A stretch of DNA of 64,000 nucleotides from Laetmonice hystrix (Eukaryota). Shown piece after piece: positions 43,501-55,479 of the stretch. Location: NCBI GenBank assembly GCA_965235115.1, contig OZ249440.1, forward strand, positions 18,352,001 to 18,416,000, given 5' to 3'. The position numbers and the translations under genes were made by a program. How positions within the stretch are numbered: the stretch's first letter is position 1; every line of letters begins with the position of its first letter. Below the pieces are notes generated by a model. It did no database searches and was not told where the DNA came from. It saw only the letters and a list, made by a program, of their open reading frames with translations.

Positions 43501-46500
43501 GTTTGGTGAAGCTTTGGTCGGTGCAGATGATGAGTCAAGACTTTATCAGACAGTACTGGCTGGAATGAATCACCCTTTACTCACTTTGACTCAGAGAATG
43601 CTACTCACTGAGTGGCTCACTCAGAATACTCAGGTTAGCAAACAAAGTTATTTCTATTTTGTCATATTTATGTATGTGAGGTAATTCAAGATGTTCTGTA
43701 GTGTCACAAGTGAGCTTCATTACAACCACAGGCCTTGTACATTGTATTTATGTCAGTGCCAACACACATTTCTCTCTGCATACAGTTATCACAAACCCTG
43801 ACTTGGCCGGGTTTAATTAGTTCCGCCCAGCTTAATCAGATCTTTCCCAGAGTTTTTGATGGCACAGACACACAGCTGAAAAAATTATATCTCCTGAGCC
43901 GACTTCTGCCAAAGATCCTTCCAGAAGGTATTTTGAAAATTTTTTTCATCATTTGGTACAGAGTAGAGTATATTATAAAGACTGATGAAAGAATAGACAA
44001 TAGAAATAAAAAAAAAAACATAAAAATTGTAAAAGAGAGAATTAAACTTATTGTTAAAAATTCGTTCATAATTTAACCAAACCAGATTGGCAAGGCATAT
44101 TGTTTTATTCCAAGATGTTTGACTTACAATAAATATGGACATGAGAATGCTGTCACCTAAAGTTACAAAGCAACATTTCCAATCTACAGATGAGCTTGAA
44201 GAAGTGTCAGTCGGGTGTGTGGCAGGATTACATGAGTTTGTAGAGCGAGGTATGGGAGGTCGACACGCCACGGCACTGTTTCAATCTCTGTATGGTTTCT
44301 ATCAGAACCATCCTCATCCAGAGTCAGTCGATAACATCAAGTGGTATGTACACATTCACTGATCATGTCATACTCTCCACAGCTTGCTGAAAGGACAAAC
44401 TTTTCTACAATGTATAGGCAAACGCTTGGACTGGCACGGGTAGTTTACTTAGTAGGACATTAAGGTGAACATTCATGTTTATTAATGTTCAACTGATGAT
44501 TTAATGATCTCAGTACCGTCTCATGCAATTGGAAACTGTCACAGATACTGGGATATGAGTCAAAATACGTAAAACAATTGTGATCTGAACTAGCAGTACA
44601 AACAAATCAATAAAAAAACATCTGTTTAATAAAATTTTCTTTCAGGATCTTGATTCGACTAGGCCAGAATCATGGCCGACTTGCATTACGAGTTTTAAAC
44701 TTTGTGGAGGCGGTGCAGCTCCTTCATCCAGAGAGGTGGGTAACAACGATGTGTCTATGATAATTCGCCAAAAAAGAACAGCTCATAAAAAGTGATGAAA
44801 TTTCATTCCTCTTTACAGTGGTGCATTCCATAATAACGTTAGGTATTATGTAATATTATGTAAGTTGATCAGAGTAGATTGAAAGGTAAAACCAGTTGGG
44901 AACAGAAAAAGCAATTATTGATGGCAAGATTTTTTTTGTTGGGTGTCCTCTAGCTCTCTTGGATCCGAAGTGCTATCAAGTCTTGTGACTGCGATTACTG
45001 TGGAAAGTGTGTCCGCTAATAGTCTGACTCAGATACAACATCACCTTATGGTACTGCAGAGAATTGCCATGGAAACCAGTATACAACCTCAGGTATGTCT
45101 CAGTACCAAGTCCTAATAAGAAGAAAGATTTAGATTATCTGATACATAATTCCGCTATAATTGCCCAGATTATGTTTCTGTCAAGTAGGCCTATTACAAT
45201 AGGAAAAAATTTGCTTGGAGCACGTTGTACCTGTTATCATTTATAGTTCTGTATTAGGTAGATTCAATCGCCACAGGGCTACCCTAATCGTAGGTAGGCT
45301 TTGACAGATACCGGGTACCCAAATGTGATGTACACCTAGCTCTATCCCGCCAGATGGCGTAACGGGCGATAAGGTGGCGCCACCTAGTGGCTGGATGATA
45401 TTTAGGACCACGATATCCCCGCAGATGGCGCCACCTGCTGTCAGGGGTGTATCTCAGAACCGCAGGGTTTTTACACAGACCAAGTGGGACAGATAATATA
45501 CAGGGCATATCACTATTATCTTTGTTAACACTTGCTCAGCTAGATTATGGCCAGATCTGATCAACTTCACGGAAATGACACAAATAAGGAAAGCCAATAA
45601 TTAAACAAGAGATAAGATTAGAATGAGCATCTGGATGAGTGTAGATGGTTGTGTATTCTCCAGGTTGTAGTGAACTATCTCCAGACGTTACTGGACCAGG
45701 AGAACATGCTGGAGCAGGGAGACTGGCCGACTGGGACGCAGGTCCTGGCGGTGTGTCGGGCTCTCATACAGTACCACAACATCAACACCATCTTCGTCGG
45801 TTAGTGTTATCACAGTATAAGCAGGCCACGAGAATGGTGGTCTTTGTTTACAGTGTCACGTAACAACTGCTTCAACCATGGGCGTCCACAGGAAATATTT
45901 TACGGGGGGGGGGGGGGGGGGTAAAGTTGACGAAAATTATAGGTGAACTTAAGAAGGCAAAAGAAACGCAGGGTGGCAAATATCATTAGTTACATGACTT
46001 CAACTTTTATAGATCACCCAGGCTGAGAGTAGACTGTAGTAGGTCACGGGAATCAACTTTTGTTTATTTCTCACAATACAACGTGAATACCTATAAGTAT
46101 AATGGAAGCACGTATAACCTGAGCATTGATAAGGCTGAGTATGTTAGGTTAATGGAAGCACGTATAACCTGAGCATTGATAAGGCTGAGTATGTTAGGTT
46201 AATGGAAGCACGTATAACCTGAGCATTGATAAGGCTGAGTATGTTAGGTTAATGGAAGCACGTATAACCTGAGCATTGATAAGGCTGAGTATGTTAGGTT
46301 AATGGAAGCACGTATAACCTGAGCATTGATAAGGCTGAGTATGTTAGGTTAATGGAAGCACGTATAACCTGAGCATTGATAAGGCTGAGTATGTTAGGTT
46401 AATGGAAGCACGTATAACCTGAGCATTGATAAGGCTGAGTATGTTAGGTTAATGGAAGCACGTATAACCTGAGCATTGATAAGGCTGAGTATGTTAGGTT

Positions 46501-49500
46501 AATGGAAGCACAACCTGAGCATTGATAAGGCTGAGTATGTTAGGTTAATGGAAGCACGTATAACCTGAGCATTGATAAGGCTGAGTATGTTAGGTTAATG
46601 GAAGCACGTATAACCTGAGCATTGATAAGGCTGAGTATGTTAGGTTAATGGAAGCACGTATAACCTGAGCATTGATAAGGCTGAGTATGTTAGGTTAATG
46701 GAAGCACGTATAACCTGAGCATTGATAAGGCTGAGTATGTTAGGTTAATGGAAGCACGTATAACCTGAGCATTGATAAGGCTGAGTATGTTAGGTTAATG
46801 GAAGCACGTATAACCTGAGCATTGATAAGGCTGAGTATGTTAGGTTAATGGAAGCACGTATAACCTGAGCATTGATAAGGCTGAGTATGTTAGGTTAATG
46901 GAAGCACGTATTACCTGAGCATTGATAAGGCTGAGTATGTTAATGGAAGCACGTATAACCTGAGCATTGATAAGGCTGAGGTATGTTAGGTTAATGGAAG
47001 CACGTATAACCTGAGCATTGATAAGGCTGAGTATGTTAGGTTAATGTAAGCACGTATAACCTGAGCATTGATAAGGCTGAGTATGTTAGGTTAATGGAAG
47101 CACGTATAACCTGAGCATTGATAAGGCTGAGTATGTTAGGTTAATGTAAGCACGTATAACCTGAGCATTGATAAGGCTGAGTATGTTAGGTTAATGGAAG
47201 CACGTATAACCTGAGCATTGATAAGGCTGAGTATGTTAGGTTAATGGAAGCACGTATAACCTGAGCATTGATAAGGCTGAGTATGTTAGGTTAATGGAAG
47301 CACGTATAACCTGAGCATTGATAAGGCTGAGTTTAATGGAAGCACGTATAACCTGAGCATTGATAAGGCTGAGTATGTTAGGTTAATGGAAGCACGTATA
47401 ACCTGAGCATTGATAAGGCTGAGTATGTTAGGTTAATGGAAGCACGTATAACCTGAGCATTGATAAGGCTGAGTATGTTAGGTTAATGGAAGCACGTATA
47501 ACCTGAGCATTGATAAGGCTGAGTATGTTAGGTTAATGGAAGCACGTATAACCTGAGCATTGATAAGGCTGAGTATGTTAGGTTAATGGAAGCACGTATA
47601 ACCTGAGCATTGATAAGGCTGAGTATGTTAGGTTAATGGAAGCACGTATAACCTGAGCATTGATAAGGCTGAGTATGTTAGGTTAATGGAAACACGTATA
47701 ACCTGAGCATTGATAAGGCTGAGTATGTTAGGTTAATGGAAGCACGTATAACCTGAGCATTGATAAGGCTGAGTATGTTAGGTTAATGGAAGCACGTATA
47801 ACCTGAGCATTGATAAGGCTGAGTATGTTAGGTTAATGGAAGCACGTATAACCTGAGCATTGATAAGGCTGAGTATGTTAGGTTAATGGAAGCACGTATA
47901 ACCTGAGCATTGATAAGGCTGAGTATGTTAGGTTAATGGAAGCACGTATAACCTGAGCATTGATAAGGCTGAGTATGTTAGGTTAATGGAAGCACGTATA
48001 ACCTGAGCATTGATAAGGCTGAGTATGTTAGGTTAATGGAAGCACGTATAACCTGAGCATTGATAAGGCTGAGTATGTTAGGTAGAGGTTTATATCGTAC
48101 ACCACTGGTTATTTCTAAGGTCTCGGAGAGGTATTGTTCCAGTTCAGTCAAAAACATCGAGATATCGACATTCGAGACCGTGCAGCCTTCTACTACACAC
48201 TCATCACGTCACTGGCCCCGAACAAGGTTTAAACTCTAACATTCCCGATTTAAACTGCTTTTAGTACACTGATAGACTGTGTGGTAACAATAATCGTGCT
48301 TATTCAGCGTGTTTTAAAAAATTAAATACAGAAGGACGCACTACTGTTATGTTACTCTGGTGCTTATCTCTCTCAGTCTGCCTATGTCTGGTGCTAGGCG
48401 TGTAGTTCCCGTGTAGGCCGTAAGGGGGCTGTAGGTACAGTTTGCTCTATCCTCCACCAGGTGTCCTCACTGTTGAAGCAGCGTGCCACGATAACGAAGG
48501 ACACGGAGGGGTTGGCCAATTTTGTTATGAAGAACAACAAGTTTCCCGCCTGTCATTACGTCAACCGCGTTCAACAGCCGCTTCTCGCATTGACTAGGTA
48601 ACCTGCTTGTTTGTGTGGTGTTATTTCTACCTTATAAAATGTTATTTTATATAAAAGTCATACCATTAATAATTATTAAGATGCAGTAACTGATCAAATC
48701 ACGTCTGTCCAGGGCTCCTGTCAGTCACAAAGAAACCATGGAAACATCATTAGAACCCAGCATGGACGTAGAGGTCGCAGGTACGTTGCCCTGAAGGCAC
48801 GCCCACTACTGCTGCTACTGAATTAATGTTGTCAGGGTATTTTTACATCAATCTGGAAATAAATTAATGCTCTCGGGTGGCTATTGTGTTTGACTGGTGT
48901 TTAAGAAGGATCAAGGTCGAAATGCCTGGATGAGTCTGTTGAAGGGTCGTGTGAATTTGGATAAATCTGTATTAGTTCGTTTTCTTTACAGATATTCTGA
49001 CGAAATACAAGGAATATTTGAATAACGAAACAAAACTGCAGTATGTTGAATTGAAATTCAACCTCCATTTCGTGGTAGGTTTTTCTACTCATTGCATAAA
49101 GTTAATAATGATGATTAAGAAAAGAAAGCGATCTAAAGAACAAGGTTGTTATCAATATTTCGTCATTGCTGTACATTTATAAATAGAAAAAGGTCATATT
49201 GGTGGTCGATATTTTTGTTTGCATGACGTCTGCACTAGGATTTTGGACATCCAATAGTATACCAGTCACCTGCAGGAAACTGTTTTACACACACTGTATT
49301 CTTTAGTAATTATAGTCCTATACTTTGTGACTATTGATATTTAATGCAGCCAGAAGCTGACGACGCCTACAGGGAGCTGTTTGCCCTTGTCTTACACTTC
49401 CAGCCATCTCGCCACTATGAAAACGTTCCAGGTATCACCATTTTTCTACATTAATATATTATTATTTTAAATTGTAGTTCAATGAAATTCAAAGATACGT

Positions 49501-52089
49501 TCGCCGTACCTGTGCAAGATTTCAGTTTTGGTTGTGCTGTGCCATGTCCTGTTCATGCTCGGCCCTGTGTGCTTTGTTCTAAGTTTCACCCGTTTTTTTT
49601 TATTTTCACAGATATCAACGTGCCTTACCTGGATAGGTCAGAGGACGCCGGCCAGGACTGTTACCCCGTTAATGTCGTTCTGCAACCAAGGCAACCAGTG
49701 CCGACACAATTTAACGTCGAGTTAGTGTTGTATTTGTAGTAGCCTTGATAAATTTCAACAACAAATTCAAGGATCTCATTGGTCTAATTCAACAACTTGG
49801 TTTATGTTAGGATAAGATCCGAACGGCAATACTTGCGTGTCAGATGCTGTTCAGATACTCTTGATCAGATGCTCCGTCAAACTACCTCATTAATTTTTAA
49901 AACGAAAGTGTGATTAAATACGATTATAGTAGAGAATATATCTGACCCGTTTTCAGAGCCGTTTTCACAGGAAAGGAGAGTTTAACCTGGTCGACGGATG
50001 TGAAAGGTGTGAGCGTGGGTCTAGAGGACCTGTGGCGACCTCTACCGTTACCTGACACGTTACAGAGACACGATGAGAGTGAACTGTTTGATCAACTGTG
50101 GCAGTCACTAACCGACCCGAAACCTGACTCACGGTAAGTGAAACAGTACAGCGGACGTTCAATAGACCGTTTTGCGTTGCCGGTTGCTATGCTGCCTCGT
50201 TTTGAAACTCGGTGCAAGCGCCTAGTTGACGACCGATGTCCGCCATAGTTAACCTATGGACAATCACTCGAGAGAGCTAATTTTGAACTGCTCATAAAAC
50301 CTTGCAAAATGGAATATTTCGAAACTTGGACCGACCCCCGACTACGATCATCCCTCCAAGAACGCGGTGTGACTATTTCTGGGTATAATAAAGCGTCACT
50401 GGTAGAGTTATCAAGTTGTGTTTGGGACCTCGAACTGCCGATCGACAGCAGCCTGGCTGACATACACGGTCCGGCTGACTGGTCTGCCGGGGGTCAAGCG
50501 CCGCGGGTGGCCGGGGCGCTTGTTTAGGTGCAAGGCCAAGGGGTAGCCGTTCACCAGGAGCTTTTCGTTTGCGGCATGCCATCATGACCAAAACAAATTA
50601 TTAGTTTATTAATTTAAAATGTATTTTTATTGAGGCAGGAACCAGCTGTTTAAGGGGAGATATTTTACATAGGCCCCTACATATATTAGCCTATATACGG
50701 GTAAAAATCAATTTTACATAGCATACATTATAGGCAGAATGTTACATACTGGGAGAACGAAGATTTTTTACATACGGGCAGAATTTTTACACATTGCGGG
50801 AGATTTAGACGGGCAAATATTTTTAGGGCCTATTACGATAGTTTTACACATGTAGGCCTATAGGCTACATGAGGGGAATTTTAAATAGGGTAGAGATCTA
50901 CGGGTTGTATAGCCTAGCCCTCCTCTCTGTCGCACGGGTCCGGGGAAGGTAAAAAAAGTGACATCATCCATGGATGGCCTTGATTTACTGTTTCCTGCCC
51001 CATATTTACTGTGACTTGCACATGTTCCATACCAACAGTGCTTGTTACCTGGCATTAATGGTCAATATCGAAATGTTTTCGACTGTCAGGTGTCTCGATG
51101 TTGCTAATATCGCTCAAGTCAAAGTTCCGACCGTTCAACTTCACACCACGATTAAAACTTATTTCTGTCTGTTACCGAGATTCCAACTGACTGTATCGTA
51201 TCACCCCCATTGTTTTATTAATCTGGCCACCCCGAACTGCTCATATTGACACGGAAAAACTCAAAATCCCAGATTTGCTCAACACCCCTTTCTTCGTTGT
51301 TCGCTATTGCCCCAGCGCTAGCAACGCGGTGCGCTTGCACCGAGTTTGGCGTCGCTAGGGAGCTTGTAGGTGGCGCTAGTAGTAGTTCGGAAAATGGTCT
51401 ATTGTTAACATACCCTAGCCTATCCTAGCCGCTCAATGGTGATGCTACAGTATTTCGCTCTTTCTTTGGCGGCAAGTCTCTGGGCTTTTGAAAACGAAGG
51501 AATCTGTTAAGAATTTACGGAGCTTTAGGTACGCATGTCAAGGAGATATAGATAGCAGTAAGAGATATTAGTTTGAAGGGGCACGTGTTTCCTTTGTTAA
51601 TTAAGTAAAAATCATACTTGCCTTTTACTTTTTACATTGTGGGTGTCCATTTTTACGCCTTCCTACATGCGGCCGTAAACCCTGATATGTATGAAGTTTA
51701 CTTTGAACCATTATGTACCGCGTCGAGTGATGTTTACATGTGTATATCTGTATACTTTCAGTGGTGACGAGTCTCTCGAGAGTGTTTTCTGTCTCAATAT
51801 GACACCTTCCTACGTTAATGATCTTCTAAACACTCGCTGGAAGTGTTTGAAAGTCAGAAGAAAATCTACAAACGTCGAATCAGGTGACACGGAGAAGAAC
51901 ATTACGTCCATTGAGGAACGTGAAGTGGAACAGCTGGGCATCTTTCTCTCCCCGGACTGTCATTTGTTGATGAGGTTAAAAATGGAAGAAAAACGTGTTG
52001 TGGTTACTATGGTAACTGATCACTCCATGGTATTGCCACTCGTCTGTGACTATCTTCGAAAACTAGAAGACATTGCACGGACACAGTAA
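40584..52089 (+). CDS. AP5B1: AP-5 complex subunit beta-1, 22 exons, 948 aa
   Basis: Exons 40584-40709, 41031-41125, 41325-41451, 41663-41797, 42042-42175, 42290-42392, 42663-42824, 43248-43322, 43496-43633, 43786-43927, 44190-44343, 44646-44735, 44954-45092, 45664-45799, 48120-48226, 48461-48597, 48713-48780, 48992-49074, 49350-49431, 49612-49720, 49957-50133, 51762-52089; phases join (2,847 nt). Recognised motifs: TACCCLQELE, FGEALVGADDE, VLAVCRALIQ, DIDIRDRAAFYY, LQPRQPVP, GIFLSPDCHLL, TDHSMVLPLVCDYL. Confidence 0.93.
42920..43086. mobile_element. 167-bp MITE with CAG...CTG termini and 5-bp TSD (TTTAA), AP5B1 intron 7
   Basis: cagggactgcggaa ... ttctgcggtccctccctg; TTTAA at 42915-42919 and 43087-43091; poly-G left, poly-C right. 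Confidence 0.8.
45347..45441. promoter_or_regulatory. Cluster of CTCF-like motifs in AP5B1 intron 13
   Basis: CCGCCAGATGGCGT (45347+), GCCACTAGGTGGCGC (minus, 45391-45377), CCGCAGATGGCGC (45419+), ACAGCAGGTGGCGC (minus, 45441-45428); motif match only. Confidence 0.45.
46101..48083. repeat. Highly homogeneous 50-bp satellite, ~40 copies, AP5B1 intron 14
   Basis: Unit aatggaagcacgtataacctgagcattgataaggctgagtatgttaggtt with few variant copies; ends ~36 nt before the exon-15 acceptor. Confidence 0.98.
50164..51400. mobile_element. Internally deleted two-ORF DNA transposon (ISL2EU-like), AP5B1 intron 21
   Basis: AT|AGACCGTTTT ... AAAATGGTCT|AT; perfect subterminal inverted 17-mer aaactcggtgcaagcgc (50205-50221 / 51331-51347). 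Two convergent ORF stubs: plus MEYFETWTDPRLRSSLQERGVTISGYNKASLVEL (SAP-like start) and minus MPGNKHCWYGTCASHS...VTFFTFP (THAP-like start). Family assignment from remembered ISL2EU traits (AT TSD, THAP transposase plus YqaJ ORF). Confidence 0.7.
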
Positions 52090-52222
52090 CAGACACATAA
52101 CGAAAAATGGCGGGAACATTGGCTGTGCTGCTAGAAACGTATCGTGAAACAGATCAAAGTCTTAGAGGCGGTAGAAATACCGTCAGACATATTATGATGT
52201 CAAACGTTTTAATGATTCCCAG

Positions 52223-52228
52223 AATAAA
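52223..52228 (+). terminator. Candidate poly(A) signal of AP5B1
   Basis: AATAAA 134 nt after the stop codon. Confidence 0.55.
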
Positions 52229-53589
52229 ACTCATGACGAGAGATACTCTTACTCTCGACATATAGAAGACCTTTCGTCGCTTACAATTCCGGGTTACCGG
52301 CCAATGCTGTCTACTGCAGCCACAGGAATGGTTGGAACATCCAAGTATTTCGAATTTGAAGAGAATAAGTCTGTGACTGAGTAATGGCTGCTCTGACGCC
52401 CACCAACAGGTAATTCCACGCAGTATACTAAATATACATAATCATATCTTTTCGTGTACTACGTGAGTTAAGTCAACTAAAATGGTCGGCAGTCAATATT
52501 GACGCACTTAGAGCAGGGGTTCTGGGCGCCATATACATTAGCGTGCCTCGGTATTTTCAGTCTCAATCGCTATTCCATTGAGGCCATAATATTATGGGTT
52601 TCTCTTTTTTCAATAATTTTACAGTTCAGTGAAGTCGTGATAAAAGTTATTGCAGATGATGCAAGCAGCATATTTGTATTGTTGACCATCTTTTTTTTAA
52701 ATGACATTGGTACATATAATCGAAACAGTTAGAGTAGTAGGGGCCTACCTCATAAAGATTGCCGCTTTTACGACAAGTCCATTGGCCGGAAAAGTGGTCT
52801 TGTCTGCGTCCCCGGTGGAGGAGGGTATGGGGATCGAAGCCCCTTCGCTAGGGATCGATTTTTCTTTTCGTTTCCTGTAACTTTATGGTTTATCCCCACA
52901 TAGTCTTAGCCCCCCCCCCCCCTCCCATCTCTTTGTAAATTCTTCCCTTGGACCTCATTGCCTTTCCAAAATCCTTGATCTGGCGGCTGAAAATATGATT
53001 TAGGAAATGCACGCTTTGTCCTCGTGTAAAGAATGTATGGTATGTGTAGACACTACTCTGTGATCGTGTGTGTGTGTGGGGGGGGGGGGGTGAGGGGGCG
53101 GACGCGGGGGGATGGGAGGGGGGGGGGGGTAACGAGGACTGAATGGTTGTTTAACGTCGTAAAATATGTAAGTGCGCGGTACCTGCAGTGCATGCGCGAC
53201 AGTGGTACCGTCCAACAGCCACAAGTCGAAAACACTGTCACCGGGGAAGGCCTCCATTTCGGAATAGAGAAGACTTGCTCTTGTCATGATTGAGGCATGG
53301 CCGCTATTTGTGTTTTATATTTGCTTGCGACCAGCGCGACATTGTGTAAATAGAAGGAAAAGGTGAAAATACAAGGTTATATTAGGATGCGGTTTAGTTC
53401 TAGGCCCTGGGACTGAGCAGGTAGAATTACTCATGCAGGGACCCATGGCAGGACAGGACTGTGCGGGGGTTCCTGTAAATTTCAGACTTTTCCGGCATGT
53501 CCCCGGACTTCCCTAGCCTGTCCCCCCCCCCCCCCCCAAAAAAGGTGTTTACCCCCCAGGTGTCCAGGTGATCCATAGAGAGTCCAGGA

Positions 53590-54560
53590 TATGATAGAAC
53601 CAGGCAGTGGACCCATGGACAGGTCATGTGTACAGTAGGATAGAACCAGTGGACCCATAGACAGGTCATGTGTAGGATGGAACCAGTGGACCCGACAGGT
53701 CATGTGTAGGATAGAACCAGTGGACCCGACAGGTCATGTGTAGGATAGAACCAGTGGACCCATAGACAGGTCATGTGTAGGATAGAACCAGTGGACCCGA
53801 CAGGTCATGTGTAGGATGGAACCAGTGGACCCGACAGGTCATGTGTAGGATAAAACCAGTGGACCCGACAGGTCATGTGTAGGATAAAACCAGTGGACCC
53901 ATAGACAGGTCATGTGTAGGATAAAACCAGTGGACCCATAGACAGGTCATGTGTAGGATAAAACCAGTGGACCCATAGACAGGTCATGTGTAGGATAAAA
54001 CCAGTGGACCCATAGACAGGTCATGTGTAGGATAAAACCAGTGGACCCATAGACAGGTCATGTGTAGGATAGAACCAGTGGACCCATAGACAGGTCATGT
54101 GTAGGATAGAACCAGTGGACCCGACAGGTCATGTGTAGGATAAAACCAGTGGACCCATAAATAGGTCATGTGTAGGATAGAACCAGTGGACCCGACAGGT
54201 CATGTGTAGGATAAAACCAGTGGACCCATAGACAGGTCATACATGTGTAGGATAGAACCAGTGGACCCATAGACAGTCCATGTGTAGAATAGAGAGTCAG
54301 GGGATCTATAGTATAGAGTCCATGTGTAGGATAGAGAGTCAGGGGATCCATAGAGAGTCCATGATTGTGTAGGATAGAGTCAGGGGATCCATAGAGTCCA
54401 TGTGTAGGATAGAGAGTCAGGGGATCCATAGTCGGGCATAGATAGTCCATGTGTAGGATAGAGAGTCAGGGGATCCATAGATAGTCCATGTGTAGGATAG
54501 AGAGCCAGGGGAGCCATGGCATAGACAAGCCCAGCGTGTAGATAGAGTCGGGATCCATGT
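53590..54560. repeat. Compound minisatellite: 37/33-bp units grading into ~39-bp units
   Basis: gtcatgtgtaggatagaaccagtggaccc(ata)gacag to ~54270, then gtccatgtgtaggatagagagtcaggggatccatagaga decaying to ~54560. Confidence 0.92.
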
Positions 54561-54752
54561 AGTAGGCATACCACAGGAGTTTACTATACATCATGTACAG
54601 AGGCCTCTGACGTAGCGTAGGCTAATGTCTTCCGAAGGCAGCCTACAAGCGTCCTGTACTGCGGTGACCTACTTAACGTGAAGCAGGTCACCTGGCCGCT
54701 CCACAGGACATCCAATGTAGTTGGCGCGTTGCAGAACAAGTGCTACCGGGTA

Positions 54753-54864
54753 GCCACCGTGGCCCAATGGATAAGGCATCGGCCTCCTACGCCGGTGGGT
54801 TACAAACAATGAGTAACCTGTCTGAGTTAGCCGGGGATTGCGGGTTCGAGTCCCGCCGGTGGTT
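54753..54864 (+). tRNA. tRNA-Arg, anticodon CCT, with a 39-nt intron (54790-54828)
   Basis: Acceptor GCCACCG/CGGTGGT, D-arm TGGCCCAATGGATAAGGC (A box), anticodon stem TCGGC/GCCGG with loop CT-CCT-A^A, T-arm GCGGG-TTCGAGT-CCCGC (B box). Insertion lies after position 37, the canonical intron site. Confidence 0.9.
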
Positions 54865-54869
54865 CAAGC

Positions 54870-54874
54870 TTTTT
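54870..54874 (+). terminator. RNA polymerase III terminator of the tRNA
   Basis: TTTTT 6 nt after the discriminator base. Confidence 0.8.
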
Positions 54875-55479
54875 GTTCTTTCTAGCATATTTAACTAAGG
54901 TTATACTTTTCCTAGCCAAAGAACACGGTAATGACACGCGCCTTCATGGATTTGTTCGAGTACCGACTAAGCCTAGGTAGAGACTTGGGCATATGAATCT
55001 TAATTAGGCCTAGCCTAGACAGTAACAAAAATCCCCATTTTCAAGTAGTTTTTCAAGACGAATAAATTCCAATCAATTGGGCCAACTCGTATCGTAATGT
55101 GCGGCAACACAGACGTGTAGGCTAGGCCTATTGATCAAGTTTTAGCTGTTGACTGTGTGTTAAATATTATAGGCTATTTTATACCAAAAAAATGAAGTCT
55201 TTAAAGACTAGTAAAAAACAGTCAGAAAAAGTCTACAAAGTTAGGCCTCACAGGTTCTACTCATTTAATCGATGGATCTATTCTTAGCTATCGCAAGAAT
55301 GGTGGAGTATAGGCCCACACTAGGCTATAACGTTAGTATAATAGGCCAATATCAGGCTATAATTATTAAGTAGGCCTAGGCCTAATTAAATTTGGCAGTT
55401 TTACTTTTACCATAGGCATAAATGTCACTAAAACGCTGTTTCATTTTCTTTGAGACGCCCATGGTAGGCCTATAGGCCC

